DNA of 63,970 nt, filler included, from Olpidium bornovanus S191 (lineage: Eukaryota; Fungi; Olpidiomycota), in the NCBI GenBank assembly GCA_017911155.1. It is 31 parts of 31 records of this genome, joined end to end, with 100 filler letters (N's around TTAATTAATTAA, not from the genome) between each part and the next. Parts side by side here need not be neighbours in the genome. Positions count along the whole stretch, not along the records: positions 44,325 to 46,354 come from JAEFCI010005671.1; positions 46,455 to 48,186 come from JAEFCI010002090.1; positions 48,287 to 50,167 come from JAEFCI010004439.1; positions 50,268 to 51,918 come from JAEFCI010002330.1; positions 52,019 to 54,326 come from JAEFCI010012900.1; positions 54,427 to 55,685 come from JAEFCI010001056.1; positions 55,786 to 56,982 come from JAEFCI010006480.1; positions 57,083 to 59,226 come from JAEFCI010010861.1; 23 more parts are not named here. One strand, written 5' to 3'. Position numbers and translations under genes: made by a program. Shown in pieces: positions 45,022 through 59,374 of the stretch. The notes under the pieces are model-generated. The model did not search any database and was not told the origin of the DNA. It saw only the letters and a list, made by a program, of their open reading frames with translations. Numbering within the stretch: position 1 is the stretch's first letter; each line of letters begins with the position of its first letter.

Positions 45022-45126
45022 AACCCGGGTGTGACGACGACGACCAGAACCATCGTCACAGCACCCCTGTCCCCGTCCCTTTGAACCATTTTCCCTTCCA
45101 ACCCCGTTCCCGTCAGCGAAGAGGCG

Positions 45127-46354
45127 ATGCCCACGGAAAGAAGTCCAGTAAGACCGGAGTCCCGCGTCAGAAAGAGCGGCGGTGCCGCAAAAAACCTTGT
45201 AAAAGTCAAAGGGACGCGTTTTCCCGTCAAGGACGTACCTCAAGGAGTAACAACCAGGAGCCGGGGCAGGAGAGTCCTCCAGGACGAGAAAAGAACGGAA
45301 GATATGAGGGAAGAGAGACTGCTTGAACGCGCCTTGACGGCGGCAGCGCACGAAATGGAGGACATGTCAAGTTTGAAGGAAAGGCTGCTGGCCATGGAGC
45401 GCGCAACCGCGGCGCGCAAGGCAGAACGGGAACGCGCAGCAGAACAGGAACGCGCAGCAGCAGCAGTCCGCGAGAAGCAAACCAACGCCACGTTGGAAGC
45501 AATTCTTCGACGCCTGGAAGTTCTGGACGCAAAAACGGAAGCTTTCCATGAGGAGGTGAAGGAAGACGCCGCGGAGGCCGCGGTTTTGCAAGGTGGTGGC
45601 AACGCCGTGGTGCATGGCGGTGACACTGCCGGCGACTCTGCGGAGCCGCACACAGTTGACGCAGCTGCGGGGCGTGCAGCCACAAGCAGTGGCTCGGCCG
45701 CGGCCGGCACGGCCGCTACTGACAACCTCGGACCGAGCGTTTCCTCCCCCGGAACCATAGATAATATTTCCTACAGCATGGTCAAGCCACTGCTCAACGA
45801 CGTTCCGCGCTACGACGGCATGGGAAGTCCTGCCGTGTTGGAAACCTTCATCGAGAAGTTTAATGCCTATGACCTGATGAGCACAGGGATCGTTTCCGAT
45901 CAGCTCAAAGTACTGCATGCAGCTGTGAAGCTCGACAAGTCGGCCATGTCATTCTACCGCGCAAATCAGCGGCAACACCCTGCGGGGACTGTTGGTCACT
46001 GGAATTCCTGGAGCGACGTCCATAATGCGCTTTAAAACAGGTATTATCCCGCAAATTTCGCAGCGAACGTCCGGAGCAAACTAATTCGCTTCGATCACAG
46101 GAGATATTTGTCCATACAGGCCCATACAGAGGCATTCCATAAACTCCTCAGCCAATTACCGGACGACGTGAGTGCTGAACAAGAACGCTTTCCGTATGTC
46201 CCTGCCGAAAGATCTCCAAGAAAGGATCCTGCTCATGCCTGAGCAGCCGAAAACGCTGAAAGATCTGCAAAGCGCCGCAATTCGCCTCTCTTTTGCTGTG
46301 GCACGGTTCTCGAACCGCCCGTCGACCGACGCCACGGAAGGCGGGCGGCAGGCG
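45127..46354 (+). pseudogene. Retrotransposon gag with Ty3/gypsy-type capsid, disrupted
   Basis: VPRYDG..FIEKF..SDQLKVLHAAVKLDKSAMSFY..SWSDVHNAL, then an in-frame TAA at 46033, then NRYYP. After a frameshift comes LPKDLQERI..PKTLKDLQSAAIRL. Confidence 0.78.
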
Positions 46355-46454
46355 NNNNNNNNNNNNNNNNNNNNNNNNNNNNNNNNNNNNNNNNNNNNTT
46401 AATTAATTAANNNNNNNNNNNNNNNNNNNNNNNNNNNNNNNNNNNNNNNNNNNN

Positions 46455-48100
46455 AATCAACTTTCGACCTCGTAAAACAGAACTCCTCACTGTCTCTCCT
46501 GCCCGGGAGTGCCAGCTTTAGTGGGAAATTGGGTGAGCAGCTGGAGTAGACGGCACCGGGCCCTGTGAATAAGTTCTGGTTTCAATTTCTGTACTCCAAA
46601 AACCAATTCCAAAATTTTCGATTCCACGTCTACGCCTTTCAGTTCGCTCGCTCGTTTCTTTGTTCTCTTCCTCTCCGAATCGCTCGCGTCGGGAGGGAGG
46701 GACCCCTTTGTTCTCCTCGTTCGCTTTACGATCGCCGCTTCGTGCACCTTTTCTTGTTGTTTTTACGTTCCGGGGACGGCTGGGCCTTCGCCTTTTTAAC
46801 AACAAGGCGCCCATTTTAAATACGGAAAGCGGATTGTGGTTTCCCTAGCAACGCGTTTTTCCGGGAGCGGGAGAAAAAAATTTCGAGTATCGGTTTCGAA
46901 GTTCCGTCAAGAAAATCTGGATTTTGGTAGCTCGCCACCCTTCCTGATGACACGTCTCCATTTTCATTACTACAGCGAGGTGGGTCGATCAGTCACTTGG
47001 GACAGGCACTCGCGTCCACTAGTCTGTACAAAAAGTAAACAGCGTCCCTTTTGCAGGCAGCCACCAGCTGCGATATGCTCTGGTACTTATTCCACGCGCG
47101 CTTACTCTTCCACAATCTGATTTGGAGTACTCCGTCCTTGGTGCCCTGCGCTGGCGACTTTGAGTATGCTACCTGTCAAGGCGGCCGTACGTGTACAGCG
47201 TCTGCTCTTGGCGGCGGTTGTATGTGCCGGCGCCTTGATTTTGGTGACGCGGTTGCCTACGTATCACTGGCTTGCGTTGCCGATTAGGACGAAATATAGC
47301 TAGCAAGGCGGTACCCAATGTTTTTAAAGACGTTGTGTCTTCACGGCACGTTGCTCATTCGGTCTCAGTCCTGCGTTTTTCCTGTTGGCAGTCCGACGCC
47401 GGTGTCGAAAATTTCAACCCCTCCCTCAGGGGACCGCAGGCAGGGTGGGATGGCTAGGTAACTCTATGGCGCAACATAGAGCCTTTGCTGCGAAAGACTG
47501 CTCCTTTCAAAGGTGCCGTGGCGGAACAGTTCCGCTCTTTAAGCCAGACTCACAGCCCTTCGCTCCGAACGTATTTTGGCTCACCTCTTCGACAGGGCCT
47601 TCGATGGACTGTTCCTCGGGGTCCCTCCTCCTCCGAAACTCCCATTCGACGAACCCTTCAATACCTCCGACTTGTCCCAAGGAGCGTACTGATGCCGTCT
47701 CGAAGGCACCGCGGTCGCAAGGCAGCCAAAGGCGGGTTTCGTTTTGTTTGTTTTGATTTGGTTGCAAGAGAGCTAGCTAGTGCAAGTTTGGGTGGGGAGC
47801 GCGGGCCAAGGAAAGGGGCCGGCGATCCCTCCTCGGAGGTCACGTGATCCATGGAGGATCTGGTATGTTCTGCTCGGGAGGTCCCACCCAAAACCACGGA
47901 ACGCGGGAAATATTGGGGTTAACCGTGGCATTCCTGAGGCGCATGCCATTTGGAGGCCGTCTCCAACCTTCTTCTTCCGGTCGACGACACCCTCCTTGTC
48001 GGTGGCGGATTTTTCGGACTTGCTATCCTTTTCGCCCACGCGCGGTGCCCGGTAGTCACACGCCAGGTGTTCGTTCTTGCCACAGCTGAAACACAATATT
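46455..48100 (-). mobile_element. Decayed LTR-retrotransposon gag-(protease) region, probably Ty3/gypsy
   Basis: Zinc-knuckle-like CFSCGKNEHLACD at about 48096, possible protease-like IFDTG at about 47410, and an LLQLLTQFP..PG segment like the pre-RT linker. There are many stops. Confidence 0.45.
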
Positions 48101-48286
48101 CTTTAAGTTTTCTTTGTTCTTCGCGTCAACGGCTGCGCCAGCCCCCTGCATCAACTTAGGAGCTTTGCTCCCGTTAATGTGTTGGGNNNNNNNNNNNNNN
48201 NNNNNNNNNNNNNNNNNNNNNNNNNNNNNNTTAATTAATTAANNNNNNNNNNNNNNNNNNNNNNNNNNNNNNNNNNNNNNNNNNNN

Positions 48287-49737
48287 CATGTCCCCGGCCA
48301 TCTTCAAAAAGACGGCCGAAACCTGAGTGCCGTTTATCGTGGGCTGGAAGGGGCGAATCTGCTCGGAAAGTAGTAGGCTGTCGTTTATGACCGCGTCCAG
48401 GTTCAAGTAGTTGGTGGCGCTGTTGTAGCGCGACGTCAGAACCTGGCGGATCGTGTCGAGCTTTCCGGAGCTGCCCGGTTGGCTCCTTGGCGAACCAGGC
48501 GTTTGCGAGGCAGAGGCGGCTACTTTGAAGAACACCTGCGTCGTCCGAACCGGATCGTCAGCAATGAAGATACTCCGTTGCCCTTCTGAGAGCAGAAGGA
48601 GTCCAAAAGCGAGACTAGGCGGTTGCTATCAACTTACGAGGTTTCCTGCAAACTTGAGACCGCTGAGGCTCACCAGAACCTCTGCCTGCTCCGCGGTCTC
48701 GGTCGTCACAACGGTGGACGTTCCGATGTGTTCGACCTTTGCGGAGGCGAGTACATAACAATTCGAAGGTCGAGACAGGCGGAGGGAAGGGTTCGGCGTG
48801 TCAATCACTTCGCTAGGGAAATCGGGATAATCCGTGGCGAGGAATGTCGTTTCCAAGGGGGAAGTGGCGAGGGAAAGCTATGTAGGACGATTTCAAAAAG
48901 CCTCAACACGAGGCGTGCGTCGCCGGAAGGGGCGAAACCGACTTGGTGGGGACGCCGAGGATAAACTCGGATCACCGCGAAGGAGGCAGCCCCTCCCAAA
49001 CTGGCGAAGCTCGGCGGACCGAACTGTGACATACGGAAACGTAGAAAGCATATCAAAGCAGGCAGCGAAGAGAATGTCCTCCAACGCAAACCGTTGGACG
49101 CCGGGCAGAGAGAACCCAAAAGAACACGAAATCCTTCCCTTCGTCCGATCCGTGCACAACGGTCCCTGGCCGCTCTGTTCTTCATGCGTTACATACTTGT
49201 TTCAAAACGACGGGTGCTGGTGTCTTGCCCCTGAGAAATTTGATGAAGTCTTCCCAAGATCCACCACTGTGACCGGTAATCTTGCCGTAATTTGGAAACG
49301 TCCAGCAATTCAGAAAAGCTGAGCCCGGATATCGATAACCAGCAAAACAGGCCAAATGTAAAAGGGTGGGACATACCACGACTTTTACCCCAGCCCTCTG
49401 ACGTTTCAGTAATCTTCCGCCGCCGTACGGCCTACTAAATGGCGAAGCGCGAAACCAAACCAGTCAAAACGCAGGCTACGAAACGGTAGTCATCCAGATT
49501 CATCCGGGAGGCAGCTCACAATCTCGAGCTTCCAGAACCACTACTCGCTGGCGAGTCGGGCATTGAGACGTCCGCTTCCTTGTCGCTTATCCGTCTGCCG
49601 CCCTTCCCTCCTCGTAGTATTTTCCTGCCGCGGCTGCTTTGCCCGCCGCCGCCGCCGGCCTGCTGCCCGGGGCCCGCACCGCCGCCCGGGCGGGACGAAA
49701 AGCCGAACGGACCTCCGCGCCCTCTCCGCTGCGACAT
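48287..49737 (-). CDS. MEX67: mRNA export factor Mex67/NXF1, N-terminal part (RG-rich, RRM-like, start of LRR)
   Basis: RG-rich N-terminus MSQRRGRGG..DADVSM-like segment; KITGHSGGSWEDFIKFL; LDTIRQVLTSRYNSATNYLNLD. Multi-exon and 3' truncated. Confidence 0.78.
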
Positions 49738-50135
49738 GACTATTCACGCTGCGGTTTTCGGACTGAAGGCCGGAGCAGGAAAAGGGCGCGACAGAGGCTG
49801 GCGGCGGTTGTGCTCCTTCTTCGCTCGCTGTACAAGCCGGCGTTGCCCTTCCACCTCGGGTGCAAAGCAAGACGGGCAGAGTTTGCGGCGCAATAAAATC
49901 CCGGCTTTTCGAGTCAATCCCGTCGTCACCTTGGGGTCCGCGGGCCGCCGATCTCCGGGGGGTTTTTTTTCGCTCGCGTATGCGTGCACGGGCGCGGGCC
50001 TTTCGTCCCGAGGCGGAAACAGCGGGAGGGGGGGGGGGGCCTCTCCGCAGCACGGGGGCGTCTAAGGGTAGACAGGCACGCCGAAGGCGGGTTGCCAGAG
50101 GAGGAGCGGAGCGAGGGAGATTCCCGACTCAAAAG

Positions 50136-50167
<32 letters not shown>

Positions 50168-50268
50168 NNNNNNNNNNNNNNNNNNNNNNNNNNNNNNNNN
50201 NNNNNNNNNNNTTAATTAATTAANNNNNNNNNNNNNNNNNNNNNNNNNNNNNNNNNNNNNNNNNNNNC

Positions 50269-50341
<73 letters not shown>

Positions 50342-50371
50342 GGCGCGCTGGGGTTTTTTTTTTCCCCCCCC

Positions 50372-50405
<34 letters not shown>

Positions 50406-50760
50406 GCGCGCTCTCTCTCTCTCTCTCTCTCGCACGCGCCCCCTTCCGCCCCCCCGCCACGCACGCACGCACGCACCCCGGGGTAAAAAAGGGGGGCACC
50501 CCGGGGGCTAACGGGGCCGGGGGACGTGGGGGGAACGCGCCGCGCAACGGATTTTCCTCCCCCCCCCCCTCCTCCCCCGGGGCCGGTGCAACGCGCGCGC
50601 GCGCGCGCTCTATTCCGCGCCCGCACAGCCTGCGCCCGGCCGGGGGGAGCGGAGGGAAGGAAAAAGGCGCCCGGAGGTGCGTCGTCAGGGGCGCGCGGGG
50701 CGGGCGGTTGTCGGCGTCGCCCGTCGCCGGCGCGCTTTCTGCTACCCTCGGGGAAAGGAG

Positions 50761-50794
<34 letters not shown>

Positions 50795-50825
50795 CCCCCC
50801 CCCCCACCCCAAAAATTTTCCCCCC

Positions 50826-50860
<35 letters not shown>

Positions 50861-50979
50861 GCCGCAGCAGCAGCCCACAAACGACCCACCACCCCTCATC
50901 CCCACCACCACGCCAAACCAAATAAAAAAAAAGACTTGAGAGAGAGAGAGAGACCAATAACTCACCCTCCCATACAGTC

Positions 50980-51918
<939 letters not shown>

Positions 51919-52018
51919 NNNNNNNNNNNNNNNNNNNNNNNNNNNNNNNNNNNNNNNNNNNNTTAATTAATTAANNNNNNNNNNNNNNNNNNNNNNNNNN
52001 NNNNNNNNNNNNNNNNNN

Positions 52019-53937
52019 CATGCATTCTCAAACAGCGGGTTAATCGCCAGGGCCTTGTCTAATGCCTCAACAGACTTCCGGAACTGGTTGTTATGGAACA
52101 AGAGGTTGCCTAGAGTCCTCATAGCACGAGCATAACGGTTTCCGGAAACTCGCCAAGCTTTCTCGTACAAATCTGGGTCCCGGCGAATGTCCGCCAGGAT
52201 GCAGATGAGCTTAGGCGAATCCGGGTCCTTCTCCAGTAGCTCCAGCACCAATCTCTCGGCCTTCTCGCTCTCCCCTAGCATCTGGTTACAGGCGATGACG
52301 TCCTCCCAGAGTTGAAGCCTCGTGAAGATCTCCAGGGCGCTCTTGACTGCTCCAACAGCCATAAACCTCTCGCCGAGCTCCCGCTCCAGCTCCCAACGCG
52401 ATGGATAATGCAAGCCAAAAAAGTGAAGCAGCCGCTCCTGCGCGCTTGACTCGTCCGTGTGGATTTGGTCGACTAATGCCTGAATCTGCAAACAGGATCT
52501 CTCCATTGTTCGCGACTTATTAGCTTCCAGGCGTGACCTCAAGAGCAGAGCCATTGTATGAACAAGCCAATTGTTGGCGTTTTCCAGTACGCGGGTGACG
52601 TACGGCGACATCTGCTCAGCCGTGAGACCGTCCGCTGGATTGGTGTTCTTAACGTTCAGGCAAAAGGCGAGCAGTATCGTCTGATCGACAACCTGAAGAT
52701 TTGAAACCAGAGAATCGTTACTCAATTGAATCTTCTCCAGCAGAGTGTCGTCGTTCAAAGACAGAGCGTCCGGTAGAGGCTTCTGCTTGGACCCGTCCTC
52801 GCGCCCTTCTTCTTTGGCCCCGTCACCCTCTGGTGGCGGGATGCTCTCGGCCACAATCACCAGCTGCGTAACGTCGTTGACCTGGAACTTCGTCCTCTTC
52901 CCAAGAGCGCCCGTCAAATTCCATTTAAGGCCCGAAGCCGCCTGGGCCGCTTCGAAGTGCGCCTTCGCACGGCGGTCCTCGCGATACCAGTGGTGAAATA
53001 GTCCGCGCTCGAGTTCGAGTCGGGAGACGAGCTCGTTACCGTTGACGGCTTCCCAGATACCGGAAGCAAGCCGCTCGCTGGCCCGCGCGTGCAGCGTTAC
53101 GGTGACATCGTGCAACTTGGCCGCACCGTTGTCCAGGATGCGTTGGTGGACGAAGAGGCACCGGGCAGCCCACCAGGTCGCAGACCACAGTGTAGGAAAC
53201 CGCGCCTCAGTCCAGTCAAGGTTTTGTGGGTTCCAGTCCGGTTTGTTTACCCTCCGAGGGCCGTCCGCAGGATTCGCAGGAACAAGACCGTGGCGCCAAA
53301 ACTCGCCCTCCTCCGAGTCAGCCTGCCTGACGAACTCCGTAGCACTCTTGGCCGCGACGTCCAGGGCCGCATCGCCGAGCAGGATGGCCCTTGCAAAGAC
53401 CAGCAGCGACGGCACTGGAGTCAGAGTGTACACGTCCTCACCGTCGCACGACAGCTGGGACAGGAGCACGGCATTAGCTTCTCGGCCCTTGAAGGCGCTC
53501 GGAATAAGGTCCTCGGCGACGAAGGGCAGTTGCGGTCCAGTCCAGGCCGATTGCAGGAAAGAGAACAGAGCCGCCACGCCGACCACTAGGACTTCCAACT
53601 GACGCCACGCCTCGTCGGTCTCCGAAGCCACAATGTCGGCGGAAAGCAAGCCAGTCTTGACGTAGTCCGAAACGCAGCCTGATACGAACTGCTCCAGTGT
53701 GAGGTCCGTGTTGCCGCTGTCCCGGCTATTCTCCATGCCGAGCAGGCCGCGGGCTAGAGGGGAGAGAAGCACGTCTCCATACCGGCCGCAAAGCACGTGG
53801 TCCACAAGGCGGAGAGCCCGGTTTCCGCTCTCGGAATCTGACTTTGGAGCGGCCGCGGTACTGTCGGGCCTGACGGCAGTACCCAGGAGGAGGCGCCGCT
53901 GCGCCTCGTCCAGGCGCGTGCTCCGAGCAGTTGGCAT
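52019..53937 (-). CDS. EMW1: TPR protein TTC27/Emw1, 3' truncated, intronless here
   Basis: LGKRTKFQ..DVTQL, LSLNDDTLLE, NWLVHTMALLLRSRLE..RTMERSCLQIQALVDQ, SRWELERELGERF, LEIFTRLQLWED and LYEKAWRVSGNRYARA. Confidence 0.88.
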
Positions 53938-54575
53938 GCTCGCGTCAGGGTGCACGCTGGTTTTTTTTTTTTTTTTTTTTTCGGGTTTTTTTATTTTTTT
54001 TTCTTCCGGGCATTTGCTTCCCAACCGGACCCCTGATGAACACGAACTAGGAGGCACACCGTGGCGCCAAGATTCCCGGAAACCGATAATCCCGGCAGTT
54101 CCTCTCTCTCTTAACGCCTGCCGCTGTGCTCTGACGTTCGGCCCTGTTCGGTCGCCTATGTCGCTCCCTGTTTGCGCTCTCCTTTTGCGTTGTGCCGCGA
54201 GTTTGTCATCGCTGGTGCTAGGGTCTAGCCGTGCGGGATTTCTTGATTGCGATGTTCCCGGATGTGTCCCATTAAGAGTTTACTGTGCCACTGGGGAGAA
54301 CGGAAGGTCCCCTGCGATGATCATGCNNNNNNNNNNNNNNNNNNNNNNNNNNNNNNNNNNNNNNNNNNNNTTAATTAATTAANNNNNNNNNNNNNNNNNN
54401 NNNNNNNNNNNNNNNNNNNNNNNNNNCCGGACCCGCCCCCCCCCCCCCCTCCCCCGCCGCCTCCCCCCCCCCCCCCCCCACCTCCGCCCCCCCCCTTCCT
54501 CCGCGGACGAAGGCAGAGCTTCCGCCCCATTCGCTCTTTCCCTCTTCCCTCGCCGCAAACCCGCAAAATACGACG

Positions 54576-55485
54576 ATGAGATCCCTCTTCGCGCGCCCCG
54601 CGCTCGCGCTAACGCTCGCCGCGTCCGCCGCACGGGCCGCGGTCGTTCCCGCCGGTTCCGTCTGGGAGGAAGCCACGCCGCCGGCCCCTCCGTTCTACCG
54701 GCAGTCGGTGTTCGAGCCGCTGTTCGATCTACCGTTTCCCGCGCCGCTCGTCGACGACGCCTCGGCAACCGCCGCGGCCTTCGACCTGCGGCGGCGGCCG
54801 TTCTCGGTAAAAGTGCTCTCTCACTTCTCCGTGCCCGGTTACACTCTCCGCGTCAACCGCGTGCGCGCCGCCCTCTGCGACGCAGACGTGACCCAGTACA
54901 GCGGGTACCTGGACACCGCTGAGTGCGTTTGTTTTTTTCTTTTTTTTTTGCGTCCGAACGCCCGAGTGGAGAAAGAGGGAGCGGAACAAAACCCAATTTA
55001 AACTAACGAAACCTCACGGCGGGGCGCTATGGATAACGTTAGGGACAAGCATTTCTTTTTCTGGTAAGACGTTTTTTTTTTCGTTCTTCCCGTGGACGGC
55101 GCGGAGGGTTCAACGGAGCCTCCCGCGTGATCAGGTTTTTCGAATCGCGCTCGAAGCCGAAGACCGATCCTTTTGTTCTGTGGCTGAACGGTGGCCCTGG
55201 TAAGATGGAGGTGGGCAGAACGGGGACGGGGCCCGGTCTGGCGGCACCCGCCTTAGTTTCAATTGTTTTTTTTTTTTTTTTGGGGAAAGGGGGGGGGCGG
55301 GCGCGCGCCTGCGCGCGTGCGCGGCAGAAAAACTCAAACTAGAAATTGTTTGGAAAAAAAAAACTCCCCAGGGTGCTCGTCGATGACCGGCCTGCTGACC
55401 GAACTCGGCCCGTGCTGGGTCGACAAGGGAGGGAACGGCACCGTGCGGAATGAGTACTCGTGGAACAGGAACGCAAACGTGCTGT
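54576..55485 (+). CDS. PRC1: Serine carboxypeptidase S10 (carboxypeptidase Y-like), 3' truncated
   Basis: Signal peptide; exons 54576-54922, 55043-55063, 55135-55199 and 55372-55485 give [64 protein letters not shown]. Confidence 0.92.
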
Positions 55486-55785
55486 GTGAGTGTTGTAGGC
55501 CGCTGAAAATACGAAAGAGAAGGGGGCGGGGAGGCGGGTGTTGGAGGGAAGCGGAGGATTTTTCCACTGATATGTGCGTGTGCCGCCCGATGCACATCTC
55601 TCTTTTTCTCTCGCATTCTCTTTTTCTCTCTCCATCTCTCTTTGTCTTTTTTCTCGCTCTCCCTTACGCTTTTGCCCACCCATGCNNNNNNNNNNNNNNN
55701 NNNNNNNNNNNNNNNNNNNNNNNNNNNNNTTAATTAATTAANNNNNNNNNNNNNNNNNNNNNNNNNNNNNNNNNNNNNNNNNNNN

Positions 55786-55945
55786 ATGCGCTTATGAAAC
55801 AATTCTTCTGGAAGGGCATGTCTACGGACGTAAAAGCCTACATCGCAGCATGCCCAACGTGCCAGCGATTCAAAAAGCCGCACAACCGTGGTTACGACCG
55901 CTGCGCCTGATACGAGAGGAACAACCTTTCGGCGCGATCGCAAAA
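55786..55945 (+). mobile_element. Ty3/gypsy integrase zinc-binding (HHCC) fragment, decayed
   Basis: QFFWKGMSTDVKAYIAACPTCQRFK, followed by a frameshifted LRPL..EEQPF. Confidence 0.85.
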
Positions 55946-57748
55946 GGGCAAGCCCGCGGTACGGGTGCATTTTGCGGCGGCTGCGGCGATCTCGGCTTTG
56001 CTTTTCCCCCACCCTACGCTCCGGTGGCGTTGGCTATTCGCTCTGCCCCGTTGTACGCACTGGCGATGCCCGTTTGCGCCCCTGCGCTGTTATGCTCTGG
56101 CGTGCCAGATGCCAAACCTGGCACCTCAGCCATGATCGCCCGTCACAAGACGTGGCCCTCTTTCCCCCCCCCCCCCCCGAGGTGCACAGTCCAGGGAGGC
56201 TCCTTTTTGCATCTCTGTCGTCTTCAGCTGACTGCGCGGTGTGGAGACTCCGGCGAGCCGACCGGCCGCAACGTGGCAGATCCCGCGCTTATTTCCTACC
56301 TTTTCTTTCCTCGTTTGAATCGGTTAATCTATCGTTCATTTCATCGCTCGGGCTCATTGCGGAACCTTTCGCTCCTGATTAAACTGGAGCCGTGAACGAC
56401 GGCAGCCATTTTTCTTTGGTGGGTTGCTGCCACCGTCCTCACCTGAGCCAAGGACGCCCTAGTATGCAGGGGCTTTGTTGGAAAACGTCTGCTGCTCAGA
56501 TTTAGGGGCGTTGGCCGTTAAGGTGCTTGCGAAGTGAGCTTTGGACAAGAAGATCAAGGTGTTTATTGCTCCCTTGGAACGACGCCCCGCAGAAAGGAAA
56601 CTCACCAGATTAAAAACCGCTGCCGATGAGTCTTTAGAAACGGAAGATCGAACTCCCATGGAAATCAAATATAGCGTCGGGGCAGCGGTACTTGAAATGT
56701 TTGTCTGGTATGTTCTTTTTTTTCTGCTTTTTATTTTGATCTATCGGGAACATCATCATTTATGACCGTTGAGTCCGCCATGCAGCACGGGATTCCTGTT
56801 TGCATTATGAAAACTAATGGTCAGCAAGGTCCGAACACCATGGTGTTACGAGCGTCGCTACCATGTAATGGTCACAAGTCAAAAGGTTAAAAAAGCAACG
56901 CCGGGCAGGGAGGTGCAGAGTGCGCTCCTGCGCCGTGACCAGGCGTACAGCGTCTGTGAGGTCGTGCACGCGTCTCAAAGCGNNNNNNNNNNNNNNNNNN
57001 NNNNNNNNNNNNNNNNNNNNNNNNNNTTAATTAATTAANNNNNNNNNNNNNNNNNNNNNNNNNNNNNNNNNNNNNNNNNNNNCATGCACAGTGAGACATC
57101 CCCGCGTAGCACACCAGTTGCGGCCTATTATGCGCTCGACTCGCGGGCACAGTTGCACACGTGAGGAGCCCTCATATACCACGGGAAACCCCGCCCTCCT
57201 CCACTCCTGCTCCCCCCAGATTGATCGGAAATAAGTTCCAAGATGGCAAGTTGGAGTTTTCCCTCCCAATCCGGTTTGAACAAGTTTAAGCAGGAATACC
57301 AAAAAAGCCGGTAGAACGTCAGATATCGGTGTGCTTGGCTCTCGCGATCCGAGTTCATATTAGACAATTGCTCGGGACCTGTCGGTAAACGTCGCCGACA
57401 CGTCCCCCGGCCGCGCAGATCCATGTTGTAATTTGAAGCCCTCCGTTCGGCTGATTTCGAACATCACAGGTTTAACGGCGGCTGCACGGAATGCTGGAGG
57501 GGCCTATGTCCGCAGTTGGCCTCGTTTCCCCGCCTGCCAGGGCCAGGCTGTTTCGGCGGCCGTGGGGTTTTTGGCGGCCGGCCCGGGGGATTCCGAGTGG
57601 TCCGCACGCGACACAAGCTGGAGCCGGCGCCGCCCCCAGCCGGCAGCGGGGCGCAACCCCCCCCCTTCCACGAAATCCCCCCCCCCCCCCCTCCCATACG
57701 CAGGGCAGATCGGTGGGAACAAGGGCGAGTTGTGGCAAGGGGAGCACC

Positions 57749-59226
57749 ATGCCGGACGCGACGTCCAGAAACAAAATCGCGGCAGATTACGTCCTGGACG
57801 CTCCGCCGGGCGAGATAAATGACGTGTTACATGGTACGGTTCCGGAACGTAGTCAGGGAAAGCGACAAAACTTGCCGGTTACCACGTCCCTCGTCTGCCC
57901 GCCGTCGTCGTTCTCCGTGCGGCTCCTCGGCCTTCGCCAGGACCGCCCAAGTGACCCGGCGTGCGCTCAGTGCGTCGTCTAAGAGGCACGATCCGTCCGA
58001 AAGGGTTCTGACTAGACGGGTGTCGTTTGGCCTGCGTATCCTGCAGATGTCAGGAACCTCGTCGGTGGGAATGACGCCACGCTACAGTCGTATATCGTGC
58101 CCGCCCTCCGGCAGTACAACACGGAGCAGCTGAGCACGGTTACCCTTCCTGGCGCCGATTACGAAGTCCGTTTATTCTGCGGACGCTGCTGTTTTGCTGA
58201 GGGATTTTATATTTGCCCGCCGTGACAGAACGCGTAAATATTTGACGGTCTTCTCTCTGACGGACACCACCGGCAAGCAGGTGGTAATCTCCAAATATAA
58301 TCAACTTGAGGAAGACGTGTTCGTGGACCCGCGATCGAAGAAAAAATTTACTTTGGATCAGGCGTTGTTGGTGAGTTTGCGTGAAGTTCGCTCGGTCTGG
58401 TCCTTCCAGTGGCGGAAAGTCGAGGCGAGTGACCCTTCACGATATGCGGGTTCTTGTACTCTCCTGCGGCAGACAACTTCGAGTATTGAGAACGTGGAGC
58501 TTGGCGAGTTTGATGAGCTACGGTAGAGCATAGCACACTACTTAAACCTGTACTAATTTCTCTGTTAGGTGAAGTCTGAGACTTTTTTGCCGCCCCCCTC
58601 CCTTCCTCAGTTCGGCCGTCGACGACGCGGCGCAGAAGTACATCAGGGAGCACTACCCGAAGGGTGCTGTAAGCGCGTTTTCCGCGGGCGATGAAAAGGT
58701 CGTGGTTTGCATTGTCGCCAGCAAGTACAACCCCAACAACTTTTGGTCTGTCCGCGCAGAACTGGTCCACGTGATTTTCTCATTCCCCGGCGACCAAGGG
58801 CATTTCGGCCCTTGAGTGCTCCTAAAGTAACTCGTTGTCTGAATTTACGACCATCCTTAGGAGCGGACGGTGGCGATCTGTCTGGGAGTATTACCCTGCG
58901 GACAAAAAGCTGTGCGGGCGCATGCACGGCAAGGTGCACTACTATGAAGACGGGAATGTGCAGTTTGAAGCTGCGAAGGAGGACTTGACGTTCTCTATCG
59001 AGTCCGACGGCGTACGTGACAACATTCCAGGATTCCGAATTCGCTGGCGACTTTGTTCCCATCCCATAGCTTCTCCCGGTTCTCCCAACAGGACCACGCC
59101 ACGACAGCGAAGGAGATCTTCCAGGCGGTCACCAAAGCGGAAACAAAGTTCCAGAACGCAGTCAACGAAAGTTTTTTAAATCTTCTCGAAGGCACGTTCA
59201 AAAATTTGCGGCGCAATTTGCCCATG
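57749..59226 (+). CDS. CAP1: F-actin capping protein alpha subunit, 3' truncated
   Basis: APPGEINDVLHDVRNL, YNTEQL, REHYPKG, IVASKYNPNNFWSGRWRS, KVHYYEDGNVQ and TFKNLRRNLPM across about 7 exons. Confidence 0.95.
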
Positions 59227-59374
59227 NNNNNNNNNNNNNNNNNNNNNNNNNNNNNNNNNNNNNNNNNNNNTTAATTAATTAANNNNNNNNNNNNNNNNNN
59301 NNNNNNNNNNNNNNNNNNNNNNNNNNCATGATTACACGTGACTTTTTTTTTTCCCCCGTTTCCTCCTCCTCTAG

